A stretch of DNA of 14,499 bases from Nitrospinales bacterium. Its GTDB lineage: Bacteria; Nitrospinota; Nitrospinia; Nitrospinales; JAJDAT01. Positions 1-6,858 of this stretch are shown here, piece after piece. The position numbers and the translations under genes were made by a program. The notes beneath the pieces are model-generated. The model was not told the DNA's origin and ran no database searches. It saw only the letters and a list, made by a program, of their open reading frames with translations. Numbering within the stretch: the first letter of the stretch is position 1; every line of letters begins with the position of its first letter. Where the stretch lies: assembly GCA_046757665.1 (NCBI GenBank), contig JBHHYO010000068.1, positions 1-14,499 on the forward strand, in the 5' to 3' direction.

Positions 1-30
1 TAAGTCATCTTTCGGTTTCGGATAGTCATG

Positions 31-66
31 GAGGGCGGCCCTTTCGGGGGCCGCCCTTTAGTTATT
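31..66 (+). terminator. Rho-independent terminator of an upstream plus-strand gene outside the window; also lies just past the stop of the convergent FG-GAP gene
   Basis: Perfect 10-bp GC-rich stem AGGGCGGCCC (32-41) / GGGCCGCCCT (48-57), U-G closing pair, UUCG loop (43-46), followed by a T-rich tail (TTAGTTATT). Confidence 0.8.
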
Positions 67-83
67 CAGGATTTCCGGCCTGA

Positions 84-1199
84 TTACTGCCTTCTTCCCA
101 GATAAACCGCCATCTTGTTCGACAAACTGCCGGCGACGGCGATATCGGTTCTGCCGTCGCCGTTGTAATCTCCGCTGGTGATGGCGAGCGGCGCGCCGCC
201 CTCGACCACGTAATCGCGTCCCGGAAAGCGAAACCCGCCGCCCGCCTTGCGGAACACCACGGAAAACGTGCTACTGCGCGAGTTGGTCACGGCCACGTCC
301 GGCAGGCCGTCATCGTTGAAGTTGCCAGCCGTCAGGGCGAGCGGGCCGCCGCCGGCGGAAAACGTCGCCGCCGGTCGAAAACTCCCGTCGCCGTTGGAAT
401 AAAACAAATACAAATTGTCGCCCTTGCCGGACGCCGTTATCAAATCATCCAACCCGTCGCCGTTCATATCCCTTTTGATCAAGGTCAGCGGCATCAATCC
501 CTCGGCGAAGCGGCCGGCGCGGCGGAAGGTGGCGTCGCCGTTGCCCAGGTAAACGCGAATGGAGCCGGCGTTGGAACTGCTGGCGGCCAGGGCGATGTCC
601 CGGTTGCCGTCGCCGTCGAAGTCGCCGGACACCCCGGCAAACGACCGCGAACCGGTGGCATAGGTCGCGCCCTTTTGGAATCGACCGCCGCCGATGCCCA
701 CGTGCAGTTCCAGTTTCTGAAACGTCAGGGTGACGGCGGCATCCAGCCGCCCGTCGTTGTTGAAATCGTCCAGAATCACCGCCAGCGGCACCCGGCCGGT
801 TTTATGGCTCACGGGCCGCGCAAAGGAACCGTCCCCGACGCCCAAAAAGATCGTCAAGGCTCCGACAGCCTGGCTGTTCAACACCAGGTCGACGGCGCCG
901 TCGCCGTTCAAGTCGCCCACGGCCGCCATGGACGGGTCGGGCTGTACCGCCAGAGTCAGCCCTTCGCGGAACGCACCGTCACCCTCGCCGTACAAAACCG
1001 TAGCCGAATTGTCCGCGCCGTTTACCGAGACAACGTCGGCCCTGCCGTCGCGGTTGAGGTCCGCGGTCAGCAAATAAACCGGCCCCTTGCCGACGCTTAC
1101 CGTCTCCGACTTGTCGAACAGGTCCGGCGCCGGTTCCGGCAGTTGAAAGCCGCATCCCGAAAACCCCGCCGCCAGCAAAATAATCACAAACCAAACCAT
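84..1199 (-). CDS. FG-GAP/VCBS repeat (integrin-alpha-like 7-bladed beta-propeller) protein, probable lipoprotein
   Basis: Seven Ca-binding-type repeats: DLNRDGRAD, DLNGDGAVD, DFNNDGRLD, DFDGDGNRD, DMNGDGLDD, NFNDDGLPD, DYNGDGRTD, mostly followed by G.GDG.F. Start placed at ATG 1199 because GGAGGT (1209-1214) lies 9 nt upstream; the ORF track extends to GTG 1250. The hydrophobic N-terminus ends in lipobox-like FSGC. Confidence 0.88.
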   Translation of the reverse strand: MVWFVIILLAAGFSGCGFQLPEPAPDLFDKSETVSVGKGPVYLLTADLNRDGRADVVSVNGADNSATVLYGEGDGAFREGLTLAVQPDPSMAAVGDLNGDGAVDLVLNSQAVGALTIFLGVGDGSFARPVSHKTGRVPLAVILDDFNNDGRLDAAVTLTFQKLELHVGIGGGRFQKGATYATGSRSFAGVSGDFDGDGNRDIALAASSSNAGSIRVYLGNGDATFRRAGRFAEGLMPLTLIKRDMNGDGLDDLITASGKGDNLYLFYSNGDGSFRPAATFSAGGGPLALTAGNFNDDGLPDVAVTNSRSSTFSVVFRKAGGGFRFPGRDYVVEGGAPLAITSGDYNGDGRTDIAVAGSLSNKMAVYLGRRQ

Positions 1200-1335
1200 A
1201 AAATAAAGACCTCCACTCAACGACAGCCCGCGTTCGCCCGGTTTTAACACCAGGGCGACAGCACAGCCGCAGGATTCTCTTGATTTTACCCGGATACTAT
1301 GACACGATATGGTAAATTTTATTATTCCAATCCTG

Positions 1336-1393
1336 CTTTCCCCTCGCTCTGGCTCACGAAGTCAGGGCTGTTTAACCCGAGAGGAGATCAAAA
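1336..1393 (+). promoter_or_regulatory. S6:S18 ribosomal protein leader (rpsF leader) cis-regulatory RNA
   Basis: Inner 9-bp stem GCTCTGGCT (1346-1354) / AGTCAGGGC (1360-1368); unpaired TGTTTAACCC with CCC at 1376-1378; outer stem TTTCCCCTC (1337-1345) pairs with the SD-containing GAGAGGAGA (1379-1387) at 8 of 9 positions. This matches the known architecture and position directly upstream of rpsF. Confidence 0.8.
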
Positions 1394-1828
1394 GTGCGTA
1401 CCTACCAGACTGTCCTTATTCTTAAACCCGATGCGGATGAAGCACAAGTCGACCTGATTCACGACAAAGTCGGCGCCTATATTTCCAAAGATGGCGGCGC
1501 CATTCTGCGAACCGATAAGTGGGGCAAAAAACGCCTGGCTTATAAAGTTAAGAAAAACCGCTTCGGCATCTACCTCAACATCTTCCACACTTGCAATCCA
1601 CTGAAAATCAGGGACCTCGAAAAAGAGTTTGGACTCGATGAATCGATCATCAAGTATCTGGTGATTCGTCTGGATGAGAAGGAAGTGGAGCGCATGTTCG
1701 CTGACAAACCTCCGGAGGAGGCGCCCGCGGCGGAAAGCGGCAATGGAAATTCAAGCGACCCGGCGCCCGCCTCAAGTAAAGAACCTGACGACCCAGTAGA
1801 AAAGGAAGCCGCCGATGCCAAGCTTTAA
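1394..1828 (+). CDS. rpsF: 30S ribosomal protein S6 with acidic C-terminal extension
   Basis: MRTYQTVLILKPD...WGKKRLAYKVKK...IIKYLVIR S6 signature; GTG start with GAGGAG SD; first gene of rpsF-ssb-rpsR. Confidence 0.97.
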   Translation: MRTYQTVLILKPDADEAQVDLIHDKVGAYISKDGGAILRTDKWGKKRLAYKVKKNRFGIYLNIFHTCNPLKIRDLEKEFGLDESIIKYLVIRLDEKEVERMFADKPPEEAPAAESGNGNSSDPAPASSKEPDDPVEKEAADAKL

Positions 1829-2219
1829 TAAAGTCTTGCTCATGGGGAACTTGACCCGCGATCCCGAACTGCGGTTTATCGCCAGCGGAACGGCGGTGGC
1901 CAGTTTTGGCATGGCCATCAATCGCAAGTACAAACAAGGCGATGACTGGAAAGAGGATGTCTGCTTCGTCGACATCACCGTTTGGGGCAAGCAGGCCGAA
2001 AACTGCGCCGAGTACCTGAACAAGGGGCGAGCCGTTTTCATCGAGGGATACCTGCGGCTCAATTCCTGGCAGACGGAAACCGGAGAAAAACGCAACAAGC
2101 TGGAAGTGGTGGCCAACACCGTCCAGTTTTTAAATCGTCCCGGCGCCGGTGGAGGCGGGGGCGGCAGACACGATGCCGACGCCTCCAGGGAAAAACCGAA
2201 GGACGACGTCCCGTTTTAG
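1815..2219 (+). CDS. ssb: Single-stranded DNA-binding protein
   Basis: FNKVLLMGNLTRDPELR OB-fold start, WGKQAENCAEYLNKG, Gly-rich linker and acidic tip DDVPF; overlaps rpsF by 14 nt. Confidence 0.98.
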   Translation: MPSFNKVLLMGNLTRDPELRFIASGTAVASFGMAINRKYKQGDDWKEDVCFVDITVWGKQAENCAEYLNKGRAVFIEGYLRLNSWQTETGEKRNKLEVVANTVQFLNRPGAGGGGGGRHDADASREKPKDDVPF

Positions 2220-2315
2220 GCGCCGCCGGATTCCAGACAAAACGGGCCGGGCAATTTCCGCTTCCCCCGAACGCGCCGCCGGCCCACACAATGAATAACA
2301 CCTGTTATATGGCAG

Positions 2316-2459
2316 GTTGCTGAAAAATCGATTCAATGGGATTTTCCCTGGATGTCATGCTGAGCTTGTCGAAGCATCTCTTTTGCCTTTGTTGAGGAAG
2401 ACCCTTCGACAGGCTCAAGGGTGACAATACGGGTACACTCAAAACACTTTTTCAGCAAC
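2316..2459. mobile_element. Putative non-autonomous MITE/REPIN-like element
   Basis: Perfect 12-bp terminal inverted repeats GTTGCTGAAAAA (2316-2327) / TTTTTCAGCAAC (2448-2459) enclosing an inverted palindromic-repeat dimer; lies in a 262-bp gap between ssb and rpsR; no clear target-site duplication. Confidence 0.6.
2353..2426. repeat. Inverted dimer of CGTC/TGTC-tagged REP-like palindromic repeats
   Basis: Left arm TGTCATGCTGAGCTTGTCGAAGCATCT (2353-2379); reverse complement of the right arm (2399-2426) is TGTCACCCTTGAGCCTGTCGAAGGGTCT. Each arm is itself a small hairpin. Confidence 0.8.
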
Positions 2460-2481
2460 ATATTTAATATAGAGGAGAACC

Positions 2482-2718
2482 ATGGCCTTTAGAAAGAAAC
2501 GTTCTTTTTTCACCCAAAAAGTTTGCCGATTTTGTTCGGAGAAAATCGATCATATCGATTTTTACGACGTGAAAACGCTGAAACCTCTTGTCTCGGAAAG
2601 AGGCAAAATCGTGCCCTCCCGGATATCCGGGAATTGCGCGAGGCACCAGAGGCTGTTGTGCGTCGCCATCAAGCGGGCAAGGAATATCGCGTTACTGCCT
2701 TTTTCCGTTGAGCGTTAA
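2482..2718 (+). CDS. rpsR: 30S ribosomal protein S18 (Zn-binding C+ type)
   Basis: KVCRFC...IDFYDVKTL...[19 protein letters not shown]...[21 protein letters not shown] at 2472-2477. Confidence 0.98.
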   Translation: MAFRKKRSFFTQKVCRFCSEKIDHIDFYDVKTLKPLVSERGKIVPSRISGNCARHQRLLCVAIKRARNIALLPFSVER

Positions 2719-2720
2719 CA

Positions 2721-3671
2721 TTGACCGCACCGCTTCAGTGGAAAGACATCCTGTTGCCCGCGGGCGTCGTTCTGGCGATTTTTCTTGCCGCCTTGTTACT
2801 GCCGCCCCTGGGCGTGCTTGTAGGAATATTTTCTCCGGTGCCGCTGATCGTCATTTCCCTGCAACGCGGGCGGCGGGCCGGTCTCATGGCAACGGCCCTG
2901 GTTTTGCTCGCGCTCCTGGCGGCCGCGGGAGGCCAGCAGGCGCTGTTCTTTTTGGCTGAATATGCCGCCATGGCCCTGGTCATGGCGGAAACCATCCGCC
3001 TGCGGATGCCGTTTGACAAATGTATCCTGTACAGCGTTCTGGTTTCCGCGGCGGCGTCCGGGATTTTATTGTTGCTGGTGTTTTCCGGAAAACAGGTTTC
3101 GCTGACGGATTTTTTACAACAACAAGTGACCGCGCATTTCGAGCAGTCCCTCGAGGCGCTCAAAACCGTGGAAAAAGATACGGTCGATCTGGCCACCATG
3201 AAGCAACTGATGGAAAAAACGTCCCGGTCGTTCGCCGCGTCCTATCCGGCGATTATCGTAGCCGGTTCCCTGCTGGCGGCCCTGGCCAATTACTCGGTGG
3301 CGCGGTGGGCCACGCATCGGCTCTATGCCAACGCCGGGATTTTTACCGGCAGGTTTTCCACCTGGGTATTGCCCGATTTTTTTATCTGGATATTTATCGT
3401 GGCCGCCGGCGGACTGTTTCTGCCCCAGGGAATGGCGGCAACCCTGGGACTCAACCTCTTTGTCCTAATGGCCGTCATTTACGGATTGCAGGGAATGGCC
3501 GTTGTGGTTTATTTTCTCGATAAAAAATCGGTGCCGGTTTTTTTATGGTTCATCGTTTTTATTCTGATTTTTTCACAGCCCCTCGTCATCGGCATCCTGC
3601 TCGGGCTGGGGCTGTTTGATCTGTGGCTGGATTTTAGAAAACTGAAAGTCAAACCGGCCGTTGACGGTTGA
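2721..3671 (+). CDS. DUF2232 / YybS-family integral membrane protein
   Basis: Multiple hydrophobic helices, family-like motifs YGLQGMAVV and LGLFDLWLDFRK, and the conserved position between rpsR and rplI; TTG start 2 nt after the rpsR stop. Confidence 0.88.
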   Translation: MTAPLQWKDILLPAGVVLAIFLAALLLPPLGVLVGIFSPVPLIVISLQRGRRAGLMATALVLLALLAAAGGQQALFFLAEYAAMALVMAETIRLRMPFDKCILYSVLVSAAASGILLLLVFSGKQVSLTDFLQQQVTAHFEQSLEALKTVEKDTVDLATMKQLMEKTSRSFAASYPAIIVAGSLLAALANYSVARWATHRLYANAGIFTGRFSTWVLPDFFIWIFIVAAGGLFLPQGMAATLGLNLFVLMAVIYGLQGMAVVVYFLDKKSVPVFLWFIVFILIFSQPLVIGILLGLGLFDLWLDFRKLKVKPAVDG

Positions 3672-3727
3672 CCGCCGCGCATCCGCGGCCCTCAACCACA
3701 AACCGCCAATCGCAAGGAAAGAATACA

Positions 3728-4267
3728 ATGAAACTTTTGTTGAAGGAAGACGTCGAAAATCTGGGCTCATGCGGCGATGAAGTTGAAGTCAGGGACGGCT
3801 ACGGGAGAAACTACCTGATCCCGAAAGGAAAAGCCGTTCTCGCCACTCCCAACAACGCCAAGTCGTTCAACCATCAAAAAAGCATCGTCCAGGCCCGGTT
3901 GAGAAAACTCAAAAACTCCGCCGAGGAATTCGCCGAAAAAATCGGCAAAGTACCCTGTGTCTTCACCAAGAAGGTGGGCGGGCATGGCAAACTTTTCGGC
4001 TCGGTCACCAGCCAGGAAATCGCCGAGTTCCTCCGCGAAAAAGGCCTGGAGATCGACCGCCGAAAAATTCAGATGAAAGAACCCATCAAGACGCTGGGCG
4101 AGTTCAAGGTTCCCCTCAAACTGCACGCCGAGGTGACGGCGGAAATCAACGTCGCCGTCCTCCCGGAGGAAACACCCGAGGCGCCGGCGGCGGAAGCGCA
4201 AGAAACCGAACCAACCCAACCCGCACCGCAAGAGAACCCGGAAACAACCGGCGAGGAAAATGCCTGA
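3728..4267 (+). CDS. rplI: 50S ribosomal protein L9 with acidic/Pro-rich C-terminal extension
   Basis: MKLLLKEDVENLG..GDEVEVRDGYGRNYLIPKGKA, GKLFGSVT, IKTLGEF...KLH. Start corrected to ATG 3728 (AAGGA at 3714-3718) from the ORF-track TTG 3668. Confidence 0.97.
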   Translation: MKLLLKEDVENLGSCGDEVEVRDGYGRNYLIPKGKAVLATPNNAKSFNHQKSIVQARLRKLKNSAEEFAEKIGKVPCVFTKKVGGHGKLFGSVTSQEIAEFLREKGLEIDRRKIQMKEPIKTLGEFKVPLKLHAEVTAEINVAVLPEETPEAPAAEAQETEPTQPAPQENPETTGEENA

Positions 4268-5618
4268 CACCGTCGGCGACATTGCGTTAAGGAAACTCCC
4301 TCCGCACAACCTGGAAGCGGAACAATCCGTTCTGGGAGCCTGCCTGACATCCAATGACACCTTCGCCAAATCCCTGGAAATCATTAACGAAGACGATTTC
4401 TACAAATCGGCGAACAAAAAAATATTCGCCGCCATGGCCCAGTTGTTCGAGGCCAACGAGCAGATCGACATCCTGACGCTGGCCGAGCGCCTGCGAAAAA
4501 ACGGCGACCTGGACGCCGTCGGCGGGCTGGAGTATCTGGACTTTCTGGAAGAGTCCGTGCCGACCGGCGCCGCCGTCGGCCACCACGCGAAAATCGTTCG
4601 GGAAAAGAAAATCCTCCGCGACCTCATCAACACCTCCACGGAAATCGTCAGCCGCAGTTATGAGGACAGCGAGGAAGTCGAAAACCTCCTGGACCGCGCC
4701 GAAAACGCCATCTTCCAGATTTCCGAAAAGAAAACCAAGCGCAGTTTCTTCAGCCTCAAGGAAATCGTCAAACACGGTTTTGAATCCATCGAGCGGCTGT
4801 TCGACAAGCCCGGACTGATCACCGGCGTGGAGACGGGATTCATCGACCTGGACCGCATGTTGTCGGGCTTGCAACCCTCGGACCTGATCATCATCGCCGG
4901 CCGGCCCAGCATGGGCAAAACCAGTTTTGCCCTGGACATCGCCCGGTTCGCGGCGGTGCATGGCGGCGTGCCGACGGCCCTCTTCAGCCTGGAAATGTCC
5001 AAGGAGCAAATCGGCCTGCGCCTGCTTTGCGCCGAGGCGCAGGTGGACTCCTCGAAACTGCGCACGGGATACCTCGCCAAAACCGACTGGCCGAAACTGA
5101 CCGACGCCGCCGGGCGGCTTTCCGAGGCGCCGATTTTCGTTGACGACAGCGCCTCCCTGTCCAGCCTGGACGTGCGCGCCCGCACCCGCCGGCTGTATGC
5201 CGAGCATAAACTGGGCCTGGTCATCATCGATTACCTGCAACTGATGCACTCCAGTTCCAAGGTCGATAACCGCCAGCTTGAAATTTCGGAAATTTCCCGG
5301 GGCATCAAGGCCCTGGCAAAAGAATTGAACCTGCCCATCATTGCTTTGTCTCAGTTGAGCCGGGCGGTCGAGAGCCGCACCGACAAAAAACCCCAACTCG
5401 CCGACCTGCGCGAGTCCGGCTCCATCGAGCAGGACGCCGACGTCGTGGCCTTCATTTACCGCGAGGAAGTTTACAGCCCGGATACGGCCGAGCCCGGCGT
5501 GGCGGAAATCCTGGTCCGCAAGCAGAGAAACGGCCCCATCGGCGACATCAAACTGACTTTTTCAAAAGAGTGCACCCGGTTTTACAACCATGCCGAAGGC
5601 GATGCTCTTCCGGAATAG
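4260..5618 (+). CDS. dnaB: Replicative DNA helicase DnaB (no intein)
   Basis: PPHNLEAEQSVLG N-terminus, Walker A GRPSMGKT, FSLEMS, IIDYLQLM, SQLSR, DLRESGSIEQDAD, KQRNGP; overlaps rplI by 8 nt. Confidence 0.98.
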   Translation: MPDTVGDIALRKLPPHNLEAEQSVLGACLTSNDTFAKSLEIINEDDFYKSANKKIFAAMAQLFEANEQIDILTLAERLRKNGDLDAVGGLEYLDFLEESVPTGAAVGHHAKIVREKKILRDLINTSTEIVSRSYEDSEEVENLLDRAENAIFQISEKKTKRSFFSLKEIVKHGFESIERLFDKPGLITGVETGFIDLDRMLSGLQPSDLIIIAGRPSMGKTSFALDIARFAAVHGGVPTALFSLEMSKEQIGLRLLCAEAQVDSSKLRTGYLAKTDWPKLTDAAGRLSEAPIFVDDSASLSSLDVRARTRRLYAEHKLGLVIIDYLQLMHSSSKVDNRQLEISEISRGIKALAKELNLPIIALSQLSRAVESRTDKKPQLADLRESGSIEQDADVVAFIYREEVYSPDTAEPGVAEILVRKQRNGPIGDIKLTFSKECTRFYNHAEGDALPE

Positions 5619-6516
5619 CCGCGGGCTCGGCTGGTTACCGGTCGGCCTGCTGGTCTCGGCGCTTGCGGCGTTTACCGCGCAATCCGCCGAACCGCCCGGC
5701 CACCCCAGGCTGTCCCCTTCTCCCCGCCAAATGGCGGAGTTTCAGCTTCTGCAAAAACGTTATGACGCGGCATTAAAAAGTTTCACGGCCATTGTCGAAA
5801 AAGGCGGGGCGGACGGCTACGTCTTCCGCGGCCTGGTCAACGCCTACCGGGGCGCGAACCGGCAAGCCGACGGCGAAGCTTTCCTCAAAAACTATTTACA
5901 GCAATCGCCGGACTCCTCCCCTGCCCTGTACGGGCTGGGATACCTGTACTACCTGGAAAACCGCAACGAGGAAGCCGAACGTTCCCTGCGCCGGGCCGTG
6001 GACGCCGACCCGCAAAACGCCCTGGCGCTCAACAACCTGGGCGCCGCGCTGAGCCGAAAAAAAGACTTTGCGGAAGCCGTCCGCTCGGTCAAAAAGGCCA
6101 TCGAACTCGACCCCGGCGAACTGATGTTCTTTCGCAACCTCAAACTCATCTATGACGCGATGAACCTTCCCTCGCGCTTTGCCGACGAGTTCGAAGCGTA
6201 TCAAAAAAGCGGTCCTCCGGAAATCGCTGACGGTTACGGGAAAACCCTGGCAACGGTTTTTCGACAGCGGGGATTTCGGTTTTTCTCCGAGGGCAACCTG
6301 GACGAGGCCATTAAAAGTTTTGAGAACCTGATCTCGATTTACCGGGAAATCGACCATGCAAGCGGCATTGTCGCCGGGCTGTTCAGCCTCGGCCTGCTGT
6401 ACGAGGAAAAAGGCGACCGCGAGCGCGCCATGGCGTATTACCGCGACGTGCTGAAAATCAGTCCCAACCACATTCAGGCCCGGGAAAAATTGCAGGCCGG
6501 ACAACCAAAACCGTGA
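5590..6516 (+). CDS. Exported tetratricopeptide-repeat protein
   Basis: TPR motifs (ALYGLGYLYY...AVDADP, ALNNLGAAL...AIELDP, LFSLGLLY...VLKISP); Sec-type signal peptide ending AQSA. Start is uncertain (ATG 5590 or 5602); both overlap the end of dnaB. Confidence 0.85.
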   Translation: MPKAMLFRNSRGLGWLPVGLLVSALAAFTAQSAEPPGHPRLSPSPRQMAEFQLLQKRYDAALKSFTAIVEKGGADGYVFRGLVNAYRGANRQADGEAFLKNYLQQSPDSSPALYGLGYLYYLENRNEEAERSLRRAVDADPQNALALNNLGAALSRKKDFAEAVRSVKKAIELDPGELMFFRNLKLIYDAMNLPSRFADEFEAYQKSGPPEIADGYGKTLATVFRQRGFRFFSEGNLDEAIKSFENLISIYREIDHASGIVAGLFSLGLLYEEKGDRERAMAYYRDVLKISPNHIQAREKLQAGQPKP

Positions 6517-6691
6517 AACCATTTCGCCTCCGGCGGCCCGCCGCGGACGATTATGACGATTTATAAAAACGTGCGGCGGATGAATACTTTTTTCCTTTCC
6601 CGGAAACAAGAACCCTGTTTTGTCCCCACCGCACCGCTCAAAACCCGCTGAAACGAGCCCGGTTAAAAAATGCCATGCAACACCTCAAAAA

Positions 6692-6707
6692 TGGCATCGA
6701 AACTGCA
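6692..6707 (+). promoter_or_regulatory. Candidate sigma54 (-24/-12) promoter upstream of the M23 peptidase
   Basis: TGGCATCGAAACTGCA: GG-N10-GC with TGGCA and TGCA context, in an AT-rich intergenic region ~150 nt upstream of the start codon. Confidence 0.5.
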
Positions 6708-6785
6708 ACATAATAGAAATCAAAAGCCTCTGCCCGGGGCCAAATCGCCGAAATACGGCAAATCCGCGCCCAACTTAAATAATAA

Positions 6786-6815
6786 TTGACATGCCGGGGG
6801 CTTAAAGGCTAGGAT
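6786..6815 (+). promoter_or_regulatory. Candidate sigma70 promoter for the M23 peptidase
   Basis: TTGACA (6786-6791)-N18-TAGGAT (6810-6815), preceded by AT-rich TTAAATAATAA (UP-like). Confidence 0.6.
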
Positions 6816-6858
6816 TTGTCGATCACTCTTGAACCTGGAGTGAAGAGAGGAACGTAGA

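Noticed and set aside
1280..1313. Possible rpsF promoter (TTGATT with CACGAT or TATGGT)
   Set aside because: A promoter is expected here, but the -10 match at proper spacing is poor, so exact elements cannot be assigned.
2244..2285. GGGCCGG...CCGGCCC inverted repeat after ssb as a terminator
   Set aside because: 7-bp stem with a 28-nt loop and no U-tract; expected by chance in GC-rich DNA.
4287..5396. 369-aa antisense ORF opposite dnaB (also 3767-4384 and 5896-6609)
   Set aside because: Antisense shadows that largely or fully overlap well-supported genes; no motifs.
6529..6547. Small GC hairpin after the TPR gene
   Set aside because: Short stem with a 3-nt loop and no adjacent U-run; insufficient support for a terminator.
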